The notes beneath the pieces were generated by a model. The model was not told the DNA's origin and searched no databases. It saw nothing but the letters and a program-made list of their open reading frames with translations. A stretch of 64,000 nucleotides of DNA from Cyanophora paradoxa CCMP329 (Eukaryota > Plantae > Glaucophyta), in NCBI GenBank assembly GCA_004431415.1, contig QPMI01000095.1:248001-312000 (forward strand). The letters run 5' to 3'. Shown here piece after piece: positions 39,701 to 51,628 of the stretch (the first letter of the stretch is position 1; each line of letters begins with the position of its first letter). The position numbers and the translations under genes were made by a program.

Positions 39701-42700
39701 CCGAGTCGCGGGCGCGCCTCGCCCCCGCGGCGCTCGCGGCCTGGCGCCCGCGCATCCTCCTCGTCGTCGACGGCGCCGACCGCATCGCCGCCACGCACGC
39801 CGCCGCCCGCCGCCTCGCCTGGCCCGCCCCGCCCCGCCCCGCCCCCCCGGCCCCCGGGCGCGCCCCGCCTGAGTGCGCGGGGCAGGCTGCCGCTGACGGC
39901 GGGCCCGGAGCTGCGGGTGGTGGTCTCGACGGTGCGGGAGGGGGACGCGTACGAGGGCGCCAAGGGCCGCGCCCACACCGAGTTCGCCCTCGGGCCCATG
40001 GCCGGGGACGAGATCGAGGAGCTCGCGCGCAGCGACCTGCGCACCGTCGGCAAGGCCCTCGACGGGGCGCAGATGGGGGCCCTCCTGGCGGCCGAGCAGT
40101 GCGCGGTGCCCCTCTTCCTGCAGGCGCTGCTCGGCGAGCTCAAGGCCTCCGCCGTCTTCGAGACCCTGCCCCGCCTCCTCGAGACCTGCCTCGCCTGCCG
40201 CAGCGCCGAGCAGCTCTACCAGCTCACCCTCCGCCGCTGGCTCGGGGCCTACCCGCTCGTGGCGCCCGCGCTGGGGGCGGCGCTCTGCGGGCTGGCGGTG
40301 TCGCGGGTGGGCCTCGGCGAGGACGAGATCCAGGCCCTCGTCGGCGTCGGCGGCGCCCTCGCCGCCCCCGGCCCCGCCCCCGCCGCCCGCGGCCCCGCGC
40401 TCGGCGGCCCCGCGCCCTTCCTCGAGCCGGTCTCCCCGCTGCTCTGGTCGGAGTGCTTCTCGGCCATCCTCCCCTCGCTGGCGAACCGCGGCGGCCTCCT
40501 CTCCCTCGGGGAGCGGCCCCTGGCGCGGGCGGTGGAGACGGTCTTCGGGCTGGGGGAGGCGGAGGGGCGGCGGCCGCACCACGCGCGGCTGGCGCGCTTC
40601 TTCGCGGGGCAGCCGGCGGGGGAGCGGCGGGCGCTGGAGCTGCCGCACCAACTGCTCCACGCGGGGCTCCTCGCCGAGCTCCCCGCTGTCCTCCTCGACC
40701 TCGACACCCTCCACCGCCGCCGCCACGACATCCACGAGGCCCGCCCCGCCCCGCCCAGCGCGCAGCGCGCAGAGCGCGGCGGGGCTGACGGGGCGGGGGG
40801 CAGCTGGCGGGGTACTGGCGGGCGTGCTCGACGCCGGACGCGGAGATCCACGCGCGCTACGAGGAGGCGCTGGGGCGGTGGGAGGAGGAGCAGCAGGCCG
40901 CCCTCCAGGCCGAGGAGGCCCCCGCGGGGCCCGCGCCGGCCCGCGAGACCCGCCGCGTCCACGCCCGCCTCGTCCGCTCCTCCCGCCTCGCCGCCCTCCT
41001 CCAGGCACGCCCACCCGCCCGCTCCCGGCCGCCCGGCGCGGGGTGACGGGGCGGGCAGATCGTGGGGTCGCTGCTGCGGGCGCTGGGGCGTTCGCGCGGG
41101 CGGCGCACTTCTTCAAGCGCTCCCTCGCCACCCTCGAGGAGATGGACGAGCTCCTGCCCCCGCCGCCCGCTCCCCGGTCCCCGCCCGCCCCCGCCCCGCC
41201 CCGCCCCCCTCCGCCCCGCCCCTCTCTGACGGGGCTCCAGGCGGCCTCGCCGGGGGCCTCCCCGCGGGGCGGGCCCTCGCCGTCGCCGGGGGCCGGGGCG
41301 GAGGGCGGTTCCGGGGAGGACCCGAACGAGATCAACTTTAACTTTGACGAACGAATTTCGCACGCGACGCACAACCTGGCGGCGCTGCTGCAGGACCTGG
41401 GGCGCTACGAGCAGGCGCTGCCCCTCTACGAGCGGTGCCTCGTCCTCGACGCCCGCCTCGCCGGCTACCCCCAGTGGCGCTGGCGCGACGAGGAGGCCTC
41501 GGGCGAGGCCGACGTGCGCCTCGGCGCCGACGCGATCGCGACGATGGTGAACCTGGGGGAGGCCTACCGCCAGCTGCAGCAGTTCGAGGAGGCGGCGACG
41601 CTCCTCTCCAAGGCCCTCGCCCTCACCGAGCGCGAGTTCGGGGCGGGGCACCCGTCGACGGCGGCGGCCCTCCAGGGGCTCGCCTCGGTGCACTCGGACA
41701 GCGGGGAGCACGCGGCGGCCCTCGAGCTCCACGAGCGCGCCGTCAAGGTCTTCGAGATGGCCTTCGGCAAGACCCACCCGCAGCTCACCAGCGCCCTCAA
41801 CAAGCGCGCCCGCCCCCGCCCCGCCCCGCCCCGCCGTGCTCGGCGGGCCGGGGCTGACGTCGGGGGCAGCCAAGCGATCGCGCTGCAGCGGGTGGGGGAC
41901 CTGGCCAAGACGGAGGCCCTACTTCGCCGCTGCCTGGAGATCCGCGAGCGCTCCGACGGGCCCGACCGTCCGCCCCGCCCCGCCCCCCCGCCGGGCGCGC
42001 GGGGCCCCGGGCGAGCGGGGGGGCGGGGGCCAGACCCGGCGGTGGCGGCGTTCCTGAACAACCTCGGGGAGGTGCTGCGGGGCCGCGGCAGGCGCCCCGA
42101 GGCCCTCGCCCTCTTCCGGCGCTCCCTCCGCATCCGCGAGGCCGCCTTCGGGCCCTCCCACCACGCCGTCTCCGTCGTCCTCAACAACATCGCCTCCGCC
42201 CTCCAGGAGGAGGGGGACCTCCCGCAGGCCCTCGCCCTCCTCCGCCGCTCCCTCGCCATCCGCCGCCTCGCCTACGGCGACCGCCACGGCACCGTCGCCG
42301 TCGCCTGCAACAACATCGCCGAGGTCCTCTACAAGCTCGGCCGCCTCGACGAGGCGCAGCCCCTCTACGAGGAGGCCCTCGAGATCGCAGAGGAGGCTTG
42401 CGCTCGCCTCGCCCCCGGCCCCGAGCACCGGCCCCGGCGCCCGGCTGAAGCGCCCTCGCGCAGGTGTACGCCCCGGGGGAGGCAAACCCGAAGACGCCGC
42501 GCACCAAGTCGGGGCGGCTGCGGCGGCGCAAGTCGGGCCCCTCGCGCGCCTCCTCGGGGACGCCCACGCGGAGCGAGCACAGCGGGGACGGCGCCGCGTC
42601 GGCCTCGGCCGCGGGGGAGGGCGAGGAGGCCGTGAACCCCGAGCTCGGATCCATCGCCGCGAACTGCGCCAAGTGCCTCGTCGCCCGCGGCCGCTACGCC

Positions 42701-43397
42701 GACGCGCTGCCCCTCTTCGAGCGCGCCATCGGCATCCTCGAGAAGGCGCGCGGCCCGCTCGACGCCGCCGTCGCCGCCCTCCACGCCTCCCTCGGTGCCC
42801 CGCCCCCGCCCCCCCGCCCAGCCGGCGCCCCCCTCGTCCCCTCACGGCGGGGCAGCGTCGGCGATGGTGAAGCTGAAGCAGCCGGGGGCGAAGCTCGGCG
42901 CCATCGCGCACTACCGCCTCGCCATCCGCGCGATGGAGGCCGCCCGCGGGGAGGGCCCCGACGACCCCCGCCTCGGCGTCGCCTGCAACAACCTCGTGCG
43001 CCCCCGGCACCCCCCACGCCCGGCCCGGGGCGCGGGCGCGGGGCGAGGCGGGGGCTGTGGGGCAGGCGCTGCTGTACCTGGGGATCCCGGCGGGGACTTC
43101 GAGGCGGACCCCGCGCTCGACGGCGAGGCCGCCGGTCCCGCGCAGGCGGCCGTGCCCCTGCTGCGGCGCGCGCTGGCGGCGACGGAGCGGGAGGTGGGGC
43201 CGGCGCACGCGGACACGGTGGAGGCGGCGAGCACGCTGGCGAACGCGCTGGAGGAGGCGGGGCAGGGGGAGGAGGCGCGCGCCCTCCGCGCCAGCCACGG
43301 CATCCCCGAGCCCAAAGCCGGCGACGGCGAGGACGAGGAGGGCGAAGAGGAGGAGGCCGAGGAGGGCGACGAGGGCGCTGGAGCAGAGACGGAGTAG
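36757..43397 (+). CDS. DUF4062 + NACHT-type NTPase + TPR-repeat protein (nephrocystin-3/TEP1-like architecture), multi-exon
   Basis: TIRVFLSSTFKDMEGER, VDLRWGI and RSITECE (DUF4062); Walker A LSGPAGYGKS; LLVVDGAD; kinesin-light-chain-type TPRs (A..LNNL..L....G....A..L..RSL.IR...G..H); N-terminal MGCKPS. Confidence 0.8.
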
Positions 43398-43680
43398 TTT
43401 GTGGCGATCAGCTGCAGCCGCCTGCCGGCGCTGCAGCATTCGCGTGCGTGGCGCTGACCCTTGTGAACACGGCGTACTACGCGTGGTAGATCCAGGTCGT
43501 CGACGTCGTGGTAGATCCAGGATTCAGATCTAGAAAGGTCTGAGAGGAATTTCAAGAGATCTAGACTCTGAGAGAGGAATTCGAAAAGAAAAGCCATTGC
43601 AATTGCCCTTTGCAGGCCCTGCCGTGGCCTGATGGTCAGGGGCTTAGAGGGCTGCCAGGCTGTGTTCTCGCCACTCTAAA

Positions 43681-45109
43681 TTGCAAGGGGGGGTACCCCC
43701 TCCCTTGCTCCCCTGGTGAGTTGGTGCGGCGTACTTTCTGTGTTAGCAATTTTTGTAAGATGCGATTCTTTGCATGCGCTCTCGTATAGGTGTGATCGCA
43801 TCGTAGCCGCTGCGAGCGGCGGAAAAAAACGCCAGGGCGGGGCTGCGCAAACATGTCGAGCTCGCGCCTCACCCGCTATTGCTATACGCGCCGGACCACG
43901 TGCTCCTGATTGCTCTCGATGCGCTCTACAAACTCTGTCATACATGCCCGGGCCCGAGAAGCGGCGTGCGGCGCGCTAGACCGCCTCAAGTACCTGTTGT
44001 ACCGGGCGCCGGAAAAAAGCGCTCCTGCGAGTTGGAGGAGATCGTGTTGCAGTACCCGTACGCCGCTTGGGGGGGACCCGTACGCCGCTTGGGGGCAGGG
44101 GGGAATGGACGCCGCTTGCTGGGTACAACAGCGTAGGCCGAATGTTTCGCAACCTTAAGCTTGTTCGCAATGATGCGGGAAGCAGTTCAAGCAGCCGAAG
44201 CGCCCGTGACCACGTCCGGTTCCGCATTCCTGTGCGCTTCCGGCTGCGGCCTCGAGCCGCCTACGCTCTCGGTTTCTGACGGACTCCGGTTCAAGCTCAA
44301 GTTCAGTTACGACGAGCTGTCATGCCGGTGAGCAAGTACGGCCAGCGCGCTAGCTCGGCGCCACGCGCACATATGCATGCGCGTATGTTGACCCGCGGCG
44401 ATCCGTAGCAGATGATGCGGCTTCGCAGTATTCGCGCCGCTCTCCAGGACACGCCGCGCGGCAGGACACGCCCGACGCCACCTGCCGCTCCGCCCGCTTC
44501 CCGCCCGCCGCCCGCGGCCGCCCGCTGCCTCAGCTTCGTCGACTCCAGGTTCGCCCCGCCGCTGCTGCTGTGCATCTCGCCCGGCCGCCGCCGCTGGTCG
44601 CTGCGCCGCTGATGCTGCGCACCTCACCCTGCCGCCACCGCTTGGCCCCGCCACCGCTGTCTGGCGCGAGCTGACGCCTCGGCCCTGCGCAGGCTGTGCG
44701 CAGTGCCTGGCCACCTGTCGCCCCGCCGACTTCCCCGCCGGCTGCCTCAGCTTCGTCGGCTCCAGCTGCAGGTTCGTCCCGCCGCTGCCAGGCTGCTGCT
44801 GCGCATCTCACCCGACCGCCGCCGCTGGGCCCCGCCCCCGCACGGCCGCTGTCCGGGGCGAGCTGACGCCTCGGATCTGCGTATGTGCAGGCTATGTGCA
44901 GGGCCCGGCGCCACCTGTCTGTCCTCCCGCTTCCCCGCCCCCCGCCGCCCTCGCCTGCGCATGCCCGCCAGCCTGGTGCCGCCGCCCGCCTCGCAACCCA
45001 CCCGCCCGCCTCGCCACCCCAACCGTACGCCTCGCCACCCCACCCGGCCGCCTCGCCACCCCGGCGCCTCGCCCGGCGCCCGCCCTGCCTCTAGATCTCT
45101 GCACCCCCC

Positions 45110-45140
<31 letters not shown>

Positions 45141-48100
45141 ACACAAGTACCCTGCAATATGTACAAGTACCCCCCCTTGCACCTCCGCGCGCGGCCCGCA
45201 CTAGCCGCACTTGCAGAGGGCCGGGCGCGGTCTGCTAGTTGCAAGGGGGGGTACCCCCTCCCTTGCTCCCCTGGTGAGTTGGTGCGGCGTACTTTCTGTG
45301 TTAGCAATTTTTGTAAGATGCGATTCTTTGCATGCGCTCTCGTATAGGTGTGATCGCATCGTAGCCGCTGCGAGCGGCGAAAAAAAATGCAAGGGCGGGG
45401 CTGCGCAAACATGTCGAGGTCGCGCCTCACCTGCTATCTCTATATGCGCCAGACCACGTGCTCCTGAATGCTCTCAATGCGCTTTACAAATTCTGTCATA
45501 CATGCCCGGGCTCGAGAAGTGGCGCGTGGCGCGCTAGGCCGCCTCAAGTACCTGTTGTACCGGACGCCGAAAAAAAGCGCTCCTGAGAGTTGGAGGAGAT
45601 CGTGTTGCAGTACCCAGCAGACTTCGTTCGCGCTAGCGCTAGCTGGGCGGAGGCGTGGCGCCGACCGAATGCAACGCCATATGCATGCTCCGACCGTGGC
45701 GAAGTTCTGCTCTGCTCGACACCATATGCATGCGGACACAGCCGGGGCAGATTTGTGGGTTGTGTCTTGTGGGTTGCGGAGCCTCGGAGAGCACCTACAG
45801 CTGCTGACCAACATGTACAAGCACGTTCGTCTGCGCCGGTAGTAGGCGCCCGCTTGGCCGAGGCCGCGCCCGACTGTCGGCGCCCTGCGCCCGCCGACCG
45901 CAGATCCGAGCTTCGAATTCAGCAGCAGCAGCCCTGACGCATGGGTCTGGCCTCTAGCAGCAGCCGCCTCGCGTGGCCTCTAGCAGCCGCTAACGCGCGG
46001 GCACGTCGTGTTCGGCCGCGGAGTGCTCCTGCATCTGTCGTCTTGGTCTGCATCGGCCCGCGCCAAGCCGCCCTCGAGCTCGCGCACCGATCCCGGCGCC
46101 ATGTAGCCGGCGGCAGGCTCGAGAGACAAGCGGCGGCGCGGCTCGACGGGCGGGCGGGAGCGCGGCGGGCGGGGCGCGGCTCGCCGGTCAAGCATGTGCA
46201 TGCGCAGGCTATGCGCAGGGCCCGGCGCCTCCTGCCGCCGCTCCGCCCGCTTCCTCGCCCGCCGCCCGCCCGCTGCCTCAGCTTCGTCGACTCCAGGTTC
46301 GCCCCGCCACTGCTGCTACTTATATACGCACCTGACCCGGCCGACCCCGCTGGGCCCCGCCCCCGCACAGCCGCTGTCGGGGGCGAGCTGACGCCTCAGC
46401 TCTGCGCATGCGCAGGCTATGTGCAGGGCCCGGCGCCTCCTGCCGCCGCTCCGCCCGCTTCCTCGCCCGCCGCCCCGCCGGCTGCTTCAGCTTCGTCGAC
46501 TCCAGGTTCGCCCCGCCACTGCTGCTACGCACCTGACCCGGCCGACCCGCTGGGCCCGGCCTTCGCTCGGTCGCTGTCGGGGAGAGCTGACGCCTCGGCC
46601 CTTCGCAGGCTATGCGGAGGGCACGGCGCCAACTGCCGCTCCTAACTCCCGTGCCCCCTCCCGCCGCCGCCCTCGCCGCCGCCTCCCTCCCTACCCACCC
46701 GCCCACCTCGAGACCCCGCCGGCCTCGCCCGGCCGCCTGTCTCCCCCCCCCCCCCCCCCAAGTACCCTGCGATGAGTCAAGTACCCCCCCTTGCACCTCC
46801 GCGCGCGGCCCGCACTTGCCGCACTTGAACAGGCCCGGGCGCGGTCTGCTAGTATTTGCAAGGGGGGGTACCCCCTCCCTTGCTCCCCTGGTGAGTTGGT
46901 GCGGCGTACTTTCTGTGTTAGCAATTTTTGTAAGATGCGATTCTTTGCATGCGCTCTCGTATAGGTGTGATCGCATCGTAGCCGCTGCGAGCGGCGGAAA
47001 AAAACGCCAGGGCGGGCTGCGCAAACATGTCGAGCTCGCGCCTCACCCGCTATTGCTATACGCGCCGGACCACGTGCTCCTGATTGCTCTCGATGCGCTC
47101 TACAAACTCTGTCATACATGCCCGGGCCCGAGAAGCGGCGTGCGGCGCGCTAGACCGCCTCAAGTACCTGTTGTACCGGGCGCCGGAAAAAAGCGCTCCT
47201 GCGAGTTGGAGGAGATCGTGTTGCAGTACCCGTACGCCGCTTGGGGGGGACCCGTACGCCGCTTGGGGGCAGGGGGGAATGGACGCCGCTTGCTGGGTAC
47301 AACAGCGTAGGCCGAATGTTTCGCAACCTTAAGCTTGTTCGCAATGATGCGGGAAGCAGTTCAAGCAGCCGAAGCGCCCGTGACCACGTCCGGTTCCGCA
47401 TTCCTGTGCGCTTCCGGCTGCGGCCTCGAGCCGCCTACGCTCTCGGTTTCTGACGGACTCCGGTTCAAGCTCAAGTTCAGTTACGACGAGCTGTCATGCC
47501 GGTGAGCAAGTACGGCCAGCGCGCTAGCTCGGCGCCACGCGCACATATGCATGCGCGTATGTTGACCCGCGGCGATCCGTAGCAGATGATGCGGCTTCGC
47601 AGTATTCGCGCCGCTCTCCAGGACACGCCGCGCGGCAGGACACGCCCGACGCCACCTGCCGCTCCGCCCGCTTCCCCGCCCGCCGCCCCGCGGCCGCCCG
47701 CTGCCTCAGCTTCGTCGACTCCAGGTTCGCCCCGCCGCTGCTGCTGTGCATCTCGCCCGGCCGCCGCCGCTGGTCGCTGCGCCGCTGATGCTGCGCACCT
47801 CACCCTGCCGCCACCGCTTGGCCCCGCCACCGCTGTCTGGCGCGAGCTGACGCCTCGGCCCTGCGCAGGCTGTGCGCAGTGCCTGGCCACCTGTCGCCCC
47901 GCCGACTTCCCCGCCGGCTGCCTCAGCTTCGTCGGCTCCAGCTGCAGGTTCGTCCCGCCGCTGCCAGGCTGCTGCTGCGCATCTCACCCGACCGCCGCCG
48001 CTGGGCCCCGCCCCCGCACGGCCGCTGTCCGGGGCGAGCTGACGCCTCGGATCTGCGTATGTGCAGGCTATGTGCAGGGCCCGGCGCCACCTGTCTGTCC

Positions 48101-48285
48101 TCCCGCTTCCCCGCCCCCCGCCGCCCTCGCCTGCGCATGCCCGCCAGCCTGGTGCCGCCGCCCGCCTCGCAACCCCACCCGCCCGCCTCGCCACCCCAAC
48201 CGTACGCCTCGCCACCCCACCCGGCCGCCTCGCCACCCCGGCCGCCTCGCCCGGCCGCCCGCCCTGCCTCTAGATCTCTGCACCC

Positions 48286-48316
<31 letters not shown>

Positions 48317-48414
48317 ACAAGTACCCTGCAATATGTACAAGTACCCCCCCTTGCACCTCCGCGCGCGGCCCGCACTAGCCGCACTTGCAGAGGGCCGGGC
48401 GCGGTCTGCTAGTT
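43681..48414 (+). mobile_element. Head-to-tail trimer (43681-45238, 45239-46855, 46856-48412) of a non-autonomous Helentron/Helitron-like (HINE/DINE-like) element of about 1.6 kb
   Basis: Each unit starts TTGCAAGGGGGGGTACCCCCTCCCTTGC, carries the 15-bp inverted copy GTACCCCCCCTTGCA about 60-70 bp from its end, then a GC stem-loop and CTAG followed by T. Units 1 and 3 are nearly identical; unit 2 is diverged. Internal subrepeats and a C-run/(CA)n tract are present; no transposase. Confidence 0.65.
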
Positions 48415-50314
48415 AAATCTGCTCAGCCGTTTCTGGCCCATGTCGGCGGCGGAAAATTCAAAAAGAATTCCGGTACGCCTGCGGCTGCCGCAGTGCGCGC
48501 ACGCTGCTATATATCGCTGACGCAATGCTTCCGGATCCGAGGCTTCTGCAATCACATATGCAGTGAAAAAGAGATCTAGACCGTCCGGTCCGACGGTCGG
48601 ACGTCGACTCTGGCCCGGCGGCAGAAAATTCAGCCATCGAACTTCAGCCCTGGCAGCGATCCGACAATTGCAATCTCAGCGCTGTCGATTCATGATCATG
48701 TGCATCGTGCATCGTGGCATGTGCCGCAGTGCCTCAGCCTGGCAGTGCTTGCGGAATTCGATTTCAAGTTCTCGGTTTGCGGATTCACACTGGTGCCGTG
48801 TCCTCAATTTCCGAAGTTCGAAGGCTTAACTTAAAGTAAGTTTGGCAAATCATTGAATCGAAGAACAAACTCCGACACATGTACAGACAACCGTTGAACT
48901 TGGCGACCTAACTAGGCCGCCGGGCCTGGCAGGCTGCTGCTGGCCATCCGATGGCCCAGTAGCCCAGCCGTTGAGCAAGAGCCCAATAGCCCTAAAGCAA
49001 CGTTGGACCTCAAATTGGCAAAGATTGGGGAAGGGAAAATCACTTCCCCTGTCCCTGTCCCTCGGGCCCAACCCTACCCCAAATCCCATTTCCCCGACCT
49101 CCGCAAAACCCGGGCCGCGCGGTACATCCTGAAAGCCCATCCCCAGGGGACTCCGAAACCATGTCTCCCGGTCCCGTCCGAGCAAAGGGTGATCCAGGAA
49201 CAGGCACCAACACCCGGGACAAAAATGGGTCCAGCGACGCACAGGGAGCAGATGTACGGGCCAGACCAGTTCGTGGTCGTTGCACGCATCATGCCCGACA
49301 TTCCGTTCTGCGAGAGCTAGGCCGGGCGCGAGCGCGGTCGCGTGGGAGGACGCCGCGCGCGCTAGCCAATCACATTGGAGAGTGCGAACTTACCCTGAGG
49401 AAAGTCTTTTTACGGACCCCCCCCTGCCACTTCCTCCCCCCACGCCGGCCCCGCCTGGCCGCTTTCCGAAGTTCCGAAGTTCTCGAGCTCACTCCCGGCC
49501 CGCACAGCTCGCGATCCGATGATCGGATAGCGCTCTCAGCGCTTGGCAGTCTGCTGCAGCTGTACATGTCGCTAGCCGCGCGCGCCAGCCGCGCACGCCA
49601 CAGCCGCTCCAACCGCGCGCATGCAGATCGCGCGCGCTTTGCCCGCGCATGCGCATGCAGATCGCGCGCGCGCGGAGGCCAGCCTCTAGGCAATTGCAAT
49701 TGCAAGCCGCGGCCGCGCGCCTCCCGAGTCAAGTGCACGTGCAGGCCTAGGCATATAAGGTTCGATTTGTGATTATGCGCATGCATGAGCTCGAGCTATG
49801 ACCATCTCCCGCCCGCCGGCCGCGGGCCGCGCCGGCACCCCGCGGCCGGCCGCGGCCGGCGCCGGCGCCGCGGGCGCCGGCCCGGCGCCGCGGCCGGCGC
49901 GCCCGGGCCGGGCGCCCGGTGCCCGCGACCTACCTATGGCCTAGCCTCGAGCTCGAGCTCGCGTAGGCCTCGAAGACAGCTCGCCTGGCATGGCCTCGAT
50001 TTCAAGTTTTTTTCCTCAAGCTCCGAGGCTCAGCGGCTTTAATTTGTTCCTTTTCCGGCTCGAACTTCGGAAGTCTCTAGAATCTAGATCTGCTCTCTAG
50101 CGCCTGGAGGAGGGCCTCCCTGCTAGCTCGACCCCCCCAGACCCAGACCCGCGGCCGCGCCGGCGCCAAGCTCGACCGCCGCCCCACCCCGGCCCCCGCC
50201 GCCTCGAATTCAGAACCTCCTCCCTCCCGGGCTCCTCCCGCCGCCCTCCGACGCCGGGGCGCGCCCCTGCACGCCGCCGGCCCCCGTCGGCCCCGCGCGG
50301 CTCGCCCCACCGGG

Positions 50315-50772
50315 AGCTCAGCTTGGCGCAGTGTCTCCAAACAATAACCTCGCGCGACCACACGATCCACCGTAACAGCATCGAATCTTTTCGAAAATCA
50401 CCGTAAGGCTCAGTGTCACGATCGAAAAATTAATCGATAAAATACAACTTCATCGAATCACCACACGATCCACCGTAACAGCATCGAATCTTTTCGAAAA
50501 TCACCGTAAGGCTCAGTGTCAAGATCCAAAAAAATACAACTTCATCGAATCACCACACGATCCACCGTAACAGCCCGCTGTACACTTGATTCACACCATT
50601 TTCTATGCAGTGTCTCCCACAATTCCACAAGATTCCGCACGATAAACAGTAAGAAGCCCGTTGTGTCTTTTTTCGCGACTCTTCTACAAAGATTCCGCAC
50701 GATTCACAGTAACTTTTAACCAAAAGTTTAATAAAAATAATTCATGCTCGACTTCGACTTCTTAGATTATAC
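50315..50772 (+). repeat. Left terminal inverted repeat (458 bp) with internal tandem repeats
   Basis: Reverse complement of 60546-61003. The same 67-aa ORF appears 201 bp inside each end. Internal unit ccacacgatccaccgtaacagc... starts at 50358, 50461 and 50553. Confidence 0.95.
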
Positions 50773-50776
50773 AAAC

Positions 50777-51529
50777 CTAAACCATAATAGTCGTGGGTTC
50801 ATTACTAATTCTTACGGATTCTCTCTTTTTTATCGCTCGTTTCTTAACAAACTTGCGAAACGCTTTCATGTCATCATCTGTCAATATTGCGCGATCGGTA
50901 TAGGTCTTTATATCATATCCTTGCAATCCAGTTATGACGGTCTGATAATTGTAACCCCAAAGTCTATGTAGTTCTTTGTAGGTCTTCCTATCCATTCCAG
51001 CGTTATATTCATCATAAGCACATTGAAACTCTTTCTCATTCCCTAAAATATTGAAGAAAACCACGAATTCCACATTACGACGAATGGTAGTAGAAATAGA
51101 ACATAAACGCTGAACATTGAAAATTACGGTAATATTATAATGTCTTCCACTCGTAACAAGTTTTTTTAAGGTCATATTTGTTTCCATATTCAGTGTGGAA
51201 CCGATCATGTCATCTAAAATTATAACCAAACTATTACGCTTTTCATTGTTTTCTATTCGTTTCTTTTGCATACTAATTAGTTTTATCACTACATTATCGT
51301 CCCATTCCTCGTAGATATTTCCAGGATGCGTTATATCTTTGAATTGACCCGTAAACGCAGTGGAACTAAACACTACGATTTGATCGATCTTATCACGCAG
51401 TTCATAAAGTAGATATTTGCAATATGTCGTTTTTCCAGAATTAGACCTACCAGCCAGTAAGAAACGCGACGGTAATTTAGCTGTTTTTGCCGGCTCGAAT
51501 TCGGGAATATCATTTAAATCTATATCCAT
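50777..51529 (-). CDS. A32/FtsK-like genome-packaging ATPase (250 aa from the ATG at 51529)
   Basis: Walker A LAGRSNSGKT, Walker B VIILDD, and the A32-type motif GRHYNITVIFNVQ...IRRN. Confidence 0.92.
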   Translation of the reverse strand: MDIDLNDIPEFEPAKTAKLPSRFLLAGRSNSGKTTYCKYLLYELRDKIDQIVVFSSTAFTGQFKDITHPGNIYEEWDDNVVIKLISMQKKRIENNEKRNSLVIILDDMIGSTLNMETNMTLKKLVTSGRHYNITVIFNVQRLCSISTTIRRNVEFVVFFNILGNEKEFQCAYDEYNAGMDRKTYKELHRLWGYNYQTVITGLQGYDIKTYTDRAILTDDDMKAFRKFVKKRAIKKRESVRISNEPTTIMV

Positions 51530-51628
51530 TACTGTGTGTCCGTTACAGTAATAAGATAAAAAACAAAATAATGCGCTAACCAATACGCAACTTTCGGGGG
51601 TTCCTATTCTTAGGAAAGAAAAGAACTT

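Noticed and set aside
68-43500. Hundreds of long Arg/Pro/Gly/Ala-rich ORFs on both strands
   Set aside because: Stop-poor shadow frames of very GC-rich DNA and intron read-through; the real genes are spliced.
43681-45615. LTR retrotransposon reading of the ~380-bp block repeated three times
   Set aside because: No TG...CA ends, PBS, TSD or gag/pol; the block is the conserved 5' part of tandem units that also share 3' ends.
49003-49320. 105-aa ORF between the repeat array and the virus
   Set aside because: Non-ATG start, no recognisable motif and no host-like codon bias.
50310-50317. Longer 6-8 bp TSD (CCGGGAGC on both sides)
   Set aside because: It would cut into the left TIR and break the symmetric AGCT...AGCT ends; 5 bp is the consistent reading, though other copies are needed to confirm.
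50358-50575. CRISPR-like appearance of 22-bp repeats with spacers in the TIR
   Set aside because: The intervening sequences are themselves repeated, there are no cas genes, and the context is eukaryotic viral.
50516-50719. 67-aa ORF present in both TIRs
   Set aside because: GTG start, overlaps tandem repeats, and its duplication is explained by the TIR.
50711-50728. Mimivirus-type hairpin terminator
   Set aside because: The stem is only 7 bp, shorter than the hairpins of that rule; kept only as a minor TIR detail.
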